Shown: positions 1-9,701 of the stretch, one piece after another
Position numbering within the stretch: position 1 is the stretch's first letter
Layout of the letters: each line of letters starts with the position of its first letter
NCBI GenBank assembly: GCA_963745025.1
Contig: CAVUWD010000013.1
Span: 96,001 to 160,000 of the forward strand
Origin: an uncultured delta proteobacterium
GTDB taxonomy: Bacteria; Desulfobacterota; Binatia; JACPRU01
Direction: 5' to 3'
Length of the DNA stretch: 64,000 bases
The notes under the pieces: model-generated
Told to the model about the DNA's origin: nothing
The model's input: the letters and a program-made list of their open reading frames with translations, nothing else
The model's database searches: none
Made by a program: the position numbers and the translations under genes

Positions 1-2
1 GC

Positions 3-164
3 GCCGCCGTTGCGTCGACTCTGGCGTACGGAACCGGAGCCGTCGCCTGGTTGTGGATCCTTGGCCGTACGACGGGGATCTCTCCAAGAGACATTTTCGG
101 GCTCACCGGTGACGACGTTCGCTACTACCGAGATCTTTGGAAGGAACTCCGGGGTCGCGGCTAG
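3..164 (+). CDS. C-terminal fragment of probable Wzx/MOP-family polysaccharide flippase (5' truncated by window)
   Basis: Frame from nt 3 reads AAVASTLAYGTGAVAWLWILGRTTGISPRDIFGLTGDDVRYYRDLWKELRGRG* (TAG 162-164); resembles the last TM helix of flippases; precedes sugar genes. Not in ORF track. Confidence 0.55.
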   Translation, partial: AAVASTLAYGTGAVAWLWILGRTTGISPRDIFGLTGDDVRYYRDLWKELRGRG

Positions 165-220
165 GGTTCGCGATTTGCCGGAGCCCCCGCGCGTATTCTA
201 GGATTCGTCATGGTGTTCGA

Positions 221-892
221 GTGAGCCTCCGCAAAATTGCGATTATCGGAGCGGGTGGGTTCGGTCGAGAGGTGCTGGACATCTTCGATGCGATCAACGA
301 CATCGAGCCCACCTTTGACGTTCTCGGCTTCATCGTTGATCCGGAGTATGGAAGCCCGGGGACCATCGTGAACGACAAACCGATCCTCGGAAGCCTCGAC
401 TGGCTTGCCGGCCGACAAAACGATGTTGAGCTTGTGTGCGCAGTCGGCGCGCCCGAGCTTCGCCGTCTGTTGGTGGAGCGGGCCCGAGCGATTGGAGCGC
501 GCTTCTGCTCGATCCGACACCCTACCGTCGTTGCCTCTCGCTGGATATCAGTCAGTGACGGGAGCCTGTTGGCGGCGGCGTGTGTCCTCACGAATCAGAT
601 CCGTATTGGAGGCCACGTGCAGGTTAACTTGGATTGTACGATCGGTCACGACTGTACTCTAGATGATTTCGTTACAGTGGCTCCGGGTGTTCACATCTCT
701 GGCAACGTGACGATCGGTGAAGGCGCCTTTATCGGCACTGGAGCCAACTTGCTCGAGCGTGTAAAGATTGGGCGCTGGGCGGTCGTTGGCGCTGGAAGTA
801 CTGTTTTGGATGAAGTGCCAGCGAACTCGATCGTCGTCGGCGTTCCGGCGCGAGTCATCAAGAGCCGCCCGGAGGGGTGGCACCTCCCCTGA
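221..892 (+). CDS. Sugar acetyltransferase, NeuD/PglD family (left-handed beta-helix)
   Basis: N-terminal IIGAGGFGREV, TIGHD, hexapeptide repeats, C-terminal VVGVPARVIK; GTG start chosen at 221. Confidence 0.9.
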   Translation: MSLRKIAIIGAGGFGREVLDIFDAINDIEPTFDVLGFIVDPEYGSPGTIVNDKPILGSLDWLAGRQNDVELVCAVGAPELRRLLVERARAIGARFCSIRHPTVVASRWISVSDGSLLAAACVLTNQIRIGGHVQVNLDCTIGHDCTLDDFVTVAPGVHISGNVTIGEGAFIGTGANLLERVKIGRWAVVGAGSTVLDEVPANSIVVGVPARVIKSRPEGWHLP

Positions 893-897
893 GCCCA

Positions 898-2113
898 ATG
901 ACAAAGAGCCGGCTCGAAGAGCTCGCGATCCTCGGCGGCAAGCCGGTATTTGTCGAGCCGTTGCACGTCGGCCGTCCGAATATCGGCGATCGTCGCAGGT
1001 TCATGCAACGTGTCGACGACATACTCGACCGTCGCTGGCTCACGAATGATGGCCCGTACGTCAGAGAATTCGAGAGCCGAGTCGCTGCACACATCGGCGT
1101 CCGTCACTGCGTGTCGATGTGCAACGGCACGGTGGCTCTCGAGATCGTCTCTCGTGCGCTAGAGCTGCGGGGAGAGGTCATCGTACCCGCGTTCACTTTT
1201 GTGGCCACGGCGCACGCGCTGCAGTGGCAGGAGATCACGCCCGTCTTCTGTGACGTCGAGCCTGGCGGTTACACGATCGACCCTGCCCAGGTCGAGCGAC
1301 TCATCACGCCGCGGACGACCGGGCATCGTCGGCGTGCACGTCTGGGGTAGGACGTGCGGCGTCGAGCGTCTAGCTGAGATCGCCACGCGCCGGCGATTGA
1401 AGCTCGTGTTCGACGCGGCACACGCCTTCGGCTGCAGTCGTCGAGGCCGTATGATCGGCAACTACGGGGATGCGGAGATATTCAGCTTTCATGCGACGAA
1501 GTTCTTCAACACTTTCGAGGGGGGGGCTGTCGTCACCAACGATGACGCGCTGGCCGAGAAGATACGCCTGATGCGCAATTTTGGCTTCTCCGGATACGAC
1601 AACGTGATCTATCTCGGCGTGAATGGAAAGATGACGGAGATCTCCGCTGCAATGGGCCTAACCGGGCTCGAGAGCCTCGAAGAGTTCGTCGCTGCCAACC
1701 GCCGGAACTATGGAATCTACCGCGACAAGCTTGCCTCGATCCCGGGGCTTCAGGTGACCGAATACGATGAGCGAGAACAGAATAATTATCAGTACGTCAT
1801 CGTAGAGATCGAGGAGGAGGTTGCCGGAATTGGTCGCGATTTGATCATGCGCGCGCTGCATGCCGAGAACGTTCTCGCGCGCAGGTACTTCCATCCGGGA
1901 TGCCACCGTATGGAGCCTTACCGATCGTATTTCCCTCATGTAGGGCTACTTTTGCCACGCACCGAACGGCTCACCGAGCGCGTGCTGTCGCTGCCGACCG
2001 GAACCGCGATTACCGCCGAAGACGCAGAGGTGGTGGCTGGGCTTCTCCGGTTCCTCGTGGAGAATGGACCTGCGCTACGAAAGCGACTCGACCACGACGT
2101 CAGGACTTCCTGA
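898..2113 (+). CDS. DegT/DnrJ/EryC1/StrS PLP-dependent sugar aminotransferase; +1 frameshift near 1321-1323
   Basis: ORFs 877-1350 and 1199-2113 join by removing one G (ACC GGC ATC GTC GGC GTG CAC = TGIVGVH); motifs NGTVAL, DAAHAFG, FSFHATK (PLP lysine), EGGAVVT. Confidence 0.9.
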
Positions 2114-2117
2114 AGGC

Positions 2118-3419
2118 TTGCGGCGCGGGCCCTTCGTCATTCTGGGCAGCCCGGACAGCATCTTCGTGCGGCAGCTGTCTGCGGAGTGGCGCAGGCGTGG
2201 TGCCGACGTCGTCATCGTCAAACTACGAGGAGAAGACGGGGCTCTTCCGGACGGGACGCCGGTGCTCAGCGGTGAACGCGAAGCCGGCGGGCTGAGTCTT
2301 TCTCGTCGCCTGGCCGGTCGCTGCCTGCACGAGGTGTGGCGCTTCCATTCTCGTCTGAGGCACCGTCGTTACAGTGGAGCAGACGAGGGCGGGGTCCCAT
2401 CGTTCGTCGACCCCCTCATCCTCGGTCCTTTGGCGGCGCGACGGGCGCGGCGACTTCATCCCGCGTTTGTCTTCGGGCAAGAGGCGTTTTCTCATGGCGT
2501 CGCGACGGCGCTTTGCCGAGGCTTTCCGCGGATCTTGATGCCGTGGGGGGGCGACATCATGCTCTACGCCGAGACGTCGGCGATCTCGTTCTCGATGGTC
2601 CGCTGGGCGTTACGGTCTGTAGATTTGGTCTGCCCAACTTCAGTCGCGGGGGCCGAGCATGTGATCCGCCGGTTTGGCGTTTCCGATGAGCGAGTGCGTT
2701 CGCTCTCGTGGGGGGTCGACCGCCAGCTCTTTCATGCCGCAAGTGCCGAACAGCGAATCGCGACGCGTCGCAGCTTCGGCCTCGAGTCGACCCACCCGTT
2801 GGTTATGAACGTTCGCCGCTTTCTTCCCGTTTGGGGCAGCGAGGCGGTCGTCGAGGCCTTCTTGCTTCTTGCCAAGGAGCTGCCGCATGTCTCCTTCGTT
2901 CTTCTCGGAGGCCATGGCAGCGAGCCGTTCGTGCGGGCAGCGCGGCAGCGAATCGCACAGACAGCCTTCGCTAGTCGGTTCGTCTTCTTCGACGGAGATC
3001 TACCCCTGGCAGAGTGCGCCCGATTGATGGCCGCCTCCGATGTATTCGTCTCCCTCATGAGACTGGGCGACATGCGCTCCGCGAGCGTCCTCCAAGCGGC
3101 GTGTACCGGTGCTGTCCCAGTTCTCGGCGAGCACCCGGAGTACCGCGAGCTCGAGAAGCTTGGGTTTCGAGCGCAGTTCGTAAACCCTGACCGCCCTGCC
3201 GAAGTCGCGGCTGCCGTGCGACTATACCTAGAGGACGGGAACCTTCTGAAAATGACCCGTGACGCCAATCAACTCTACATCGCCGAGTATGAGGATCTTG
3301 ACACCCAGATGCAGCGGCTACTGGACGCGATCTGCGCGACAGCTGACCGCGCGTTGCGGAGAGCTAAACCTTACGGCCACGGGGTTGACGACTCGGCGGC
3401 GCCCTTCGGGAACGAGTGA
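2118..3419 (+). CDS. Glycosyltransferase, GT-B fold (GT4-like)
   Basis: PWGGDI, WGVDRQLF, MAASDVFVSL...SVLQAACTGAVPVL; start (TTG 2118) uncertain. Confidence 0.8.
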   Translation: MRRGPFVILGSPDSIFVRQLSAEWRRRGADVVIVKLRGEDGALPDGTPVLSGEREAGGLSLSRRLAGRCLHEVWRFHSRLRHRRYSGADEGGVPSFVDPLILGPLAARRARRLHPAFVFGQEAFSHGVATALCRGFPRILMPWGGDIMLYAETSAISFSMVRWALRSVDLVCPTSVAGAEHVIRRFGVSDERVRSLSWGVDRQLFHAASAEQRIATRRSFGLESTHPLVMNVRRFLPVWGSEAVVEAFLLLAKELPHVSFVLLGGHGSEPFVRAARQRIAQTAFASRFVFFDGDLPLAECARLMAASDVFVSLMRLGDMRSASVLQAACTGAVPVLGEHPEYRELEKLGFRAQFVNPDRPAEVAAAVRLYLEDGNLLKMTRDANQLYIAEYEDLDTQMQRLLDAICATADRALRRAKPYGHGVDDSAAPFGNE

Positions 3420-3461
3420 GGATCCAAGTCGACGACTTCCGTAGCGAAGTTCGCGCGCGCC

Positions 3462-5648
3462 TCAGAAATGCCGCCGCAGCCAGAAGTACTCGTTGAGCGG
3501 TCGATCGTCGGTGAGCGCCGGCGCGGCCGGAGCCTTGGCAAGCAGCGCGGCAATGGGCAGCTCCTTGCGGAGCACCGCCGCAAACTGGTCTCGCGGCGCG
3601 GCGTAGGGGCCCCACTCGGTCAGATCGGCGGCCGCCTTCGCGGGCAGTCGATGCGCCATCTCGTCGGCGGTCAGTCCCTCCAAAGGCGTGTCGCTCGCGA
3701 GGAAGTGCACGCCCCAGCCCTCGACCGAGCTGAACGCGCGAACGTGCGGGAAGGACTCGGCCAATGCACGCGTCACCGACGCGATGGTCACCCCATCGCC
3801 GTATGGAAGCCACTGTTGCAGGATGCCGCCGGGGACGATCCGCCGCCGTGCCGCCAAATAGAATTCGCGCGAGTAGAGCAGGCTCGAGCTAGCGGCCTCG
3901 ACGGGAGGCGGCGGATCGACGACGATGGCATCGAATCGTTCGACAGTGCGCGCGAGGAAGCGCCGGCCATCATCGATGACGACGCGCGCATCCGGGCCCG
4001 CGAGCAGCGCCGGGCCGTCGGGATGGAAGTACCCGAAGAGCGCCGGAACGCTCGGCACGAGCTCGACGGCAGTCGTGGCGATGTTCCACGACCGCATCGA
4101 ACGGAAGGTGGTGCCCATGCCGAAGCAGATCACGAGCCCGCGCGCCGGAGGCTGCCGCAGGGCGGCCAGGGGGAGGTGAGCCATCATCTTCGTGATCGGG
4201 GTCACGTAGGTCGTCATGCTGATCCCGTTGACGAGCAGCCGCTTCCTCATGCCCTGGCCGATCGCGATCACGTTGGCGGTGTGGTCGCGTCGCACCTGCG
4301 CTGCCGGGAAAGATTCCTCGAAGTCGCGCATTCGCACCGCTAGGCCGCAGGCGATGGCGGTAGCGAGGAGTGAGACGGCGATGCGTGGGCGCGTGGCCCG
4401 GCGGGTCAAGCACCACGCCGCGGCGATGGTGGCGGGGAAGGCGACGGCAACGAGCGCCCCCCGGGTGCCGAGTACCGGCAGCAGCCAGAAGCCCGCCACC
4501 AGCGGCCCAAGGATGCAGCCGACGGCGTTGATGGCGTAGGCCAGGCCAGCGCGCTCGGGCTGGCCGACCGACCAGCGATCGATCAGCATGGGCGTCAGAT
4601 AGCCGAGGAGCGCGCTGAACGGCGCCACGCCAAGCGGGACCCGTAGCAAGGGGTCGATGCGCAACCGGGGATCAGCCGCGGCGAGCGGCAGCAATGCCAG
4701 CGGCGCCACCGCGGCGAAGAAGACCGCCACCCCTACGCCGCCGCCGCGGCGCAGGCGGTACGCTGCTGAGCCGACGAACGTCGCACCAAGATAGCATGCC
4801 AGGATGGTGGCAAATGAGTATACGAAGGTGCCCAAGAATGGCGTGAACTCGCGGATCCAGATCACTTCGGCTGCCATGGTGGCGAAGCCCGTGAAAAAGA
4901 GCAGTGCGAGCATGCCCGCCTCCGAGAGATCCTCGAAGGGCGGCGTCCCTCGGGGCAATGGCGCCTCGATGTCCTTCGTCGCCGCGGCTGCAACGCGGCC
5001 CGACGCCACGAGCGCGGCCATCGCGATGACGAGGTTGAAGACGGCCGTCAGGTGGAGCGTCTGCCGGAACCCGAGCACCTCGATGAGGATGAACGCGGAT
5101 ACGAGTGTACCCAGGACGGCCCCGAGCACGTTGGCGAGATAGAGATAGCTGAACGATCGCCGCTCGCGGAACGAGGCCATCGCCAGCGGTATGGTCGCGC
5201 CCATGCAGAGGGTCCAGGGCAGCAGCGCCGCCGCGGTCAGGACGCCGGAGACGACGTAGTGCTCGGCGGATCCGAGGGCTGAGCCGCTGGCCAAAGATTC
5301 GATCAGCCGCTCCGCGAGATCCAGCTCGACGGGCACGATCATACCGGAGAGACCGATGAGCAGCTCGGCGGCGGCGTAGGCGCGCAGCGAGTGCCGCGGC
5401 GACCATGCCGCCCGGCGCACCAGCCGGCCGGCGAGCCAGGAGCCGGCGGCGAGCCCGGCCATGAACACCGAGACCACGATCGAGATGGACGCCGTGGTCA
5501 CGCCGAACGCCGCCATGGCGAGGCGCGTCCAGATCGTTTCGTAGACGAGGCTGCAAAATCCAGAGATCAGGAACAGGAGGAAGAAGAAGCGCTCCGTGGG
5601 GGCCGCGGGCGCGTGGTGGCCGGCCGGTCGCTCGACTTGGCGAAGCAT
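3462..5648 (-). CDS. Fused MFS-like membrane domain / spermidine synthase-like SAM-binding protein
   Basis: About 13 hydrophobic helices (SGFCSLVYETIWTRL, LYLANVLGAVLG) then class I SAM fold (LVICFGMGTT, VELVP, DDGRRFL, FDAIVVD, LYSREFY); start uncertain. Confidence 0.85.
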   Translation of the reverse strand: MLRQVERPAGHHAPAAPTERFFFLLFLISGFCSLVYETIWTRLAMAAFGVTTASISIVVSVFMAGLAAGSWLAGRLVRRAAWSPRHSLRAYAAAELLIGLSGMIVPVELDLAERLIESLASGSALGSAEHYVVSGVLTAAALLPWTLCMGATIPLAMASFRERRSFSYLYLANVLGAVLGTLVSAFILIEVLGFRQTLHLTAVFNLVIAMAALVASGRVAAAATKDIEAPLPRGTPPFEDLSEAGMLALLFFTGFATMAAEVIWIREFTPFLGTFVYSFATILACYLGATFVGSAAYRLRRGGGVGVAVFFAAVAPLALLPLAAADPRLRIDPLLRVPLGVAPFSALLGYLTPMLIDRWSVGQPERAGLAYAINAVGCILGPLVAGFWLLPVLGTRGALVAVAFPATIAAAWCLTRRATRPRIAVSLLATAIACGLAVRMRDFEESFPAAQVRRDHTANVIAIGQGMRKRLLVNGISMTTYVTPITKMMAHLPLAALRQPPARGLVICFGMGTTFRSMRSWNIATTAVELVPSVPALFGYFHPDGPALLAGPDARVVIDDGRRFLARTVERFDAIVVDPPPPVEAASSSLLYSREFYLAARRRIVPGGILQQWLPYGDGVTIASVTRALAESFPHVRAFSSVEGWGVHFLASDTPLEGLTADEMAHRLPAKAAADLTEWGPYAAPRDQFAAVLRKELPIAALLAKAPAAPALTDDRPLNEYFWLRRHF

Positions 5649-5951
5649 CACTGGGTCAATGCCTCGCGGCTGGGTGCGCTGCGTCACTCCTACTGACGAT
5701 AGCACAGCGCGGCCTATCGCCCGGCACACGCCGTTCACCCGCGCAGATCATCCGTCAAGGTTGGGCCTTACTGTTGGCTGTACCCGTTGCTGGAACTCAC
5801 GAGCGGTGCGTGCGCCCGGATGGAAGTACGCGAAGGGAGAGACCGTGGCTGCGAAGAGCGGCAACCCGACCGAGCCCGGGGTGTCACGTTCCTCTCGGAG
5901 TGGTCATCCGGCAATCGGAGGCATCAGTTGACTGCCGCCACTCAAATCTGT

Positions 5952-5960
5952 TGCTATCGT
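5952..5960 (+). promoter_or_regulatory. Possible extended -10 promoter (TGCTATCGT); would give a leaderless transcript
   Basis: TGn-TAnnnT lies 5 nt before GTG 5966; no Shine-Dalgarno visible. Confidence 0.25.
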
Positions 5961-5965
5961 TCTCA

Positions 5966-7231
5966 GTGACCTCCCGCCTCCCGTTGTCGCTGAGGCTCGC
6001 GCTGACGGGCCTCTTTCTCATCTCGATTGAGGTAAGTGCCTACCAGGTGGCCTGGTACTTCTCCCATGGTCCGGTGGTTTCCGATCTCAGGATCTTCATG
6101 ACCGGTGTGGAGATGGTACGCACCGGCGAGGGTCAAGAGCTCTACCATTTCGACGCCCAGCGAAGAGTCCAGATGCGCCTCTATCCGCAGACTAAGCAGG
6201 CTGGCCTACTGCCGTTCAATCATCTCGCCTATGAACTGCTGTTGTATTGGCCTCTCGCGCATTTTTCCTATCGCAGCGCCTTGACGGTCTGGGCGCTGAT
6301 CAATCTCGGACTCGTCTTCTTGATCGCGTTGTTGCTTCGGCCCTACACGAAGGCTCTTCGAGAAGCGACAGCTCTTCCCGTCGCGCTCTGGCTACTCGCG
6401 TTCTATCCAGTGCCCTATGTTCTTGCAGAGGGACAGGATTCGCTCATCTTCGTGTCATTGGTCGTGCTGTCATTACGCTGCGCGGAGAGCGGCCGCATGT
6501 TCCCGTCCGGGTTCCTTCTGGGGCTGGCATGCTTCAAGTTTCATCTCGCTCTCCTAATCGCGTTCTTGGCTTTGTTTCTCCGATGGAAATGGCGAGGGCT
6601 TGCGGGATTTGCCACGGCTGGTGCTCTTGGTCATTGGCATCTCGCGAGCGATCGTGGGGCCGAGCTTCGCGACATGACTACATCTCCCTGCTGCGCAACC
6701 AAGAGGTCAGGACGCCGTGGGGATTCGTTCCTGGGTTCATGCCGAATCTGCGTGGATTCCTGTCGGTGGGCGCTCGCGTCGTGGCTGGATATTGGGGTCA
6801 TCCAGCCCATCGTCTTCGTTGTTTCAGCAGGGCTCGTCGTGTCGGCTTCATGGATCATCTGGCGATCGCGCTCTCGACAGAACGAGAGCCTCTACTACGC
6901 GGCCGCCATCCTGAGCGCGGGTTTGGTGAGCTATCACCTACACATGCAGGACCTGACGATGGCAGTGCTGCCTATGCTGATTCTGCTCGATTTGGCGGTG
7001 CGCGGTAAGCTCTCGCGCGCATGGACGGTCGGGTTGGTGGTTGCGGTCGCGGCACTCTACGCTTTCAGGATCACGGCAGAGTTCGTCCCAATTCTGCTTC
7101 GCCACGGATGCATCCTGGCCGGCCCCCTTCTGCTGCTGTGGCTGATGAGCCTGCGGGCGCTCGATGAAGCCGGATTGCAAGAGAGCGAGAGCGCGCCGGC
7201 TGCACGGCTTGCTTCAGTGGACATGGAGTAG
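5966..7231 (+). CDS. GT87 (DUF2029)-like polyprenol-phosphate-sugar glycosyltransferase; internal compensated frameshifts
   Basis: SDLRIF...GQELY, PFNHLAY, W...N, EGQDS, GLACFKFH, SYHLHMQDL; 6629-6766 out of frame (see findings); start uncertain. Confidence 0.75.
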   Translation: MTSRLPLSLRLALTGLFLISIEVSAYQVAWYFSHGPVVSDLRIFMTGVEMVRTGEGQELYHFDAQRRVQMRLYPQTKQAGLLPFNHLAYELLLYWPLAHFSYRSALTVWALINLGLVFLIALLLRPYTKALREATALPVALWLLAFYPVPYVLAEGQDSLIFVSLVVLSLRCAESGRMFPSGFLLGLACFKFHLALLIAFLALFLRWKWRGLAGFATAGALGHWHLASDRGAELRDMTTSPCCATKRSGRRGDSFLGSCRICVDSCRWALASWLDIGVIQPIVFVVSAGLVVSASWIIWRSRSRQNESLYYAAAILSAGLVSYHLHMQDLTMAVLPMLILLDLAVRGKLSRAWTVGLVVAVAALYAFRITAEFVPILLRHGCILAGPLLLLWLMSLRALDEAGLQESESAPAARLASVDME

Positions 7232-7234
7232 ACG

Positions 7235-9701
7235 TCAGGCCGGCCGCGGCGGTCCTAGCTGCGAATCGTGGCACGACGCCAACAGGCGTGCGAACACCAC
7301 GACCAGGCCCAAGCTCACGAGCGAGACGCAGGCCCCGGCGTAGAATGATCCGGGCCGATACCGGAACTCGATCGAATGAGCTCCCGCAGGAACGACGACG
7401 CCCCGGAAAAACACGTCGGTCCGGTAGATCGTGCTTCGGCGCTCCGTCGACTGTCGCTTCCCAGCCTGGAAAGAAGGAATCGTTGAGGACCAGAAACGTC
7501 TCGCCGTCGCTCTTCACGTCGATCTCGACGCGGCTGTCCTCGTACGCGACGAGTCGCGTGAAGCCCACCGCCGCGCCGTTCTGCCAGCCTGGAGGGAGGC
7601 TCTGCACGATGGCTTCCTTCTCGGCCTGGAAGCTCGGGTCCGTCATCGCAAGCAAGGCGTTCTGATCCGAGCCGATGGCCCGTAGCCGCGAGACGAGTTG
7701 CGCCACGGGAAGAGGCCGAGGAATCCGATAGGCGTAGAAGGACGATGGTGACTCACGGACCACGCGCTCCAGCCCCGGGGTGTCGAGCGGGGTGGGGCCG
7801 ATCAAGTAGCCCACGCGGCACAAGCGCAAGAGCTCGAGGGCTCGCTCGCGAGGCAACGCGGCAAGCGTGGCAAGGAGCAGCTTGTCGGAGGCGCGCGCGA
7901 TGGCGTCGCCGCCCGACACGTTCGCGACCCCGAAGAACATGCCGCCATTGAACGGGAGTGAAGACCAGAGAGCCTTATAGAACGGGTGCAAGTCCTCGCC
8001 AGTGGCGATGCTCTGGGACCAGGGCGCGAGGCCGGGAATCGGGGGTGGGGAGGACGTGGCCCGCGGGGCCGAGGCGACCGTTTGGTAGTGAAAGATCCGC
8101 TCGTGGCTCTCGCGGAGCGAGTCGGAATCGACGAGCAATGGCGTCGCTCGGAGCTCCTTCCAGTCCATGTTCAAGTTCAGGTGGCGGTGCGCGGAGAAGA
8201 GATCGACGGCGACCAACGCCACCAGCAGCACCCGCAGCGTCCCTTCGCCAAGCGCCACACCGCGCAGGACCAGGATACCGACCAAGGCGGCAAGCAGGAG
8301 CAGCAGCCGTTGAGCCTTGTCGGCGACATCGATCGCGAGGGGGAGGAACTGCCAGAGCGGCCGATCCTCGCCGCAGAGGATCGCGATCAAACGTAGGTAG
8401 CTCTCGGGATCGACGGTGCGCAGGACGATCACGGCCAGTGCTACGACGGCCAATGCGGCGCTCGCCGCAAGCGCAGCGCGCCGAGCACCTTCCCGGCGAT
8501 GGAGAAGGGCCTCCATTCCCTCGGCTGCCAGGAATGCCAACGCGAAGCTCACGATGAAGAGAAACTTTTCCGGGTAGCGGAGCTTGCCGAACACGAACGG
8601 TACGATCTGGTAGAGCAGCTTGAAGACGGGGGTGTGATTCCCGAGGGCGAGGACCAGGCCGCCCGCCGCGACGGTCGCCCAGAGAGCGCGGTCCCGGCCG
8701 CGGGCGAGGCCCACGACCGCCAGGACCAGTGGGACGGCCCCGAGATAGATGCTCTGAAGGAAGGCCAGGCTCGCCTCGAAGGCGGGTCCGAGCCGCTGCT
8801 CGCCGTGCGGCAGCGAGATCGACGAATGCGGGAAAAGAAGCTGCAGCAGGGAGACGGGCTGCAGAGACCAGGCGGTGACGTCGGCGTACGGCAGCCCGCC
8901 GCTTCTGGCGGAGTGACGGGCGTACTCGATCGTGGGCAGAAGCTGGACTCCACTGAGGCCGGCGGCGAGCGCGAGCGAGCCGACGAGCAGAAGGCTTCGT
9001 CGCATCGCTTGGCGCCTGTCTGTGCATGACCGGTGGAGCTCCAGAACGCCGAGCAAGACGAGAGTGAGCAAGAAGTTCTCCGGAGATCCGCTGAGGATTT
9101 GAAGGCAGAGCACGAGCACGAAAGCGAGACCGCGCCGGGGCGTGCGGGCTTCGCCGAGGCGTTCCCAGGCGTGAAGCACCCACGGAGCCCAGGCAGCACC
9201 CTGGAGGTGCGGGGTCACGCTCATCGTCGAGACCAGGTAACCGCTGAGCGTGAAGACCAAGCTGCCCACAGCCGACGACGCCGGAGATAGGCAGCGACCC
9301 CGGAGCCACATCCACATCCCGGTCAGCGCAATCACGTAGTGAGCGAAGATGAATAGGTCGCTGCCGAGCGGCGGCGGCAGAAGAAGCAGCACGCTCGGCG
9401 GGTAAAGAACGCCGCTCTGCAAGTTCGCGAGGAAGGGCGTGCCCATGTACGTCAGCGGATTCCAGAGCGGAATCTCGCCGCGCCTGAGGTGCTCGGCGAG
9501 GTAGTGACGCATCGGCAGAATGATGTGGAGCAGATCGCGGTAGACGGGGACCCGGTCGCCGGTCAGCAGATCGTCGAAGGTGAGGGCGGTGGCCGCGAAG
9601 GCAGCCAGAAGCCATGTCAGGCCGCTGCCCGAAGCCCGCAAGGCTCGCCCCCGTGCTTCGGCGGGTCGATCAACCCGGAATATCGTAGACGTAATAGACA
9701 T
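7235..9701 (-). CDS. YfhO-family GT-C membrane protein; +1 frameshift near 7435
   Basis: PVYRDLL, GEIPLWNP, GTPFLANLQSGVLYPP, LRYPEKF, LNDSFFPGW. Removing one A gives TIYRTDVFFRGVVVPAGAHSIEFRYRPGSF and a stop at 7235, which removes the overlap with the convergent gene. Confidence 0.85.

Noticed and set aside
10-201. 63-aa ORF at window start
   Set aside because: The frame starting at nt 3 gives a more plausible membrane-protein C-terminus.
1519-1526. G8 run in the aminotransferase as a phase-variation tract
   Set aside because: In frame and encodes the conserved EGGA motif.
7071-7231. 161-bp convergent overlap between GT87 and YfhO
   Set aside because: Disappears once the 7435 frameshift is corrected (stops at 7231 and 7235).
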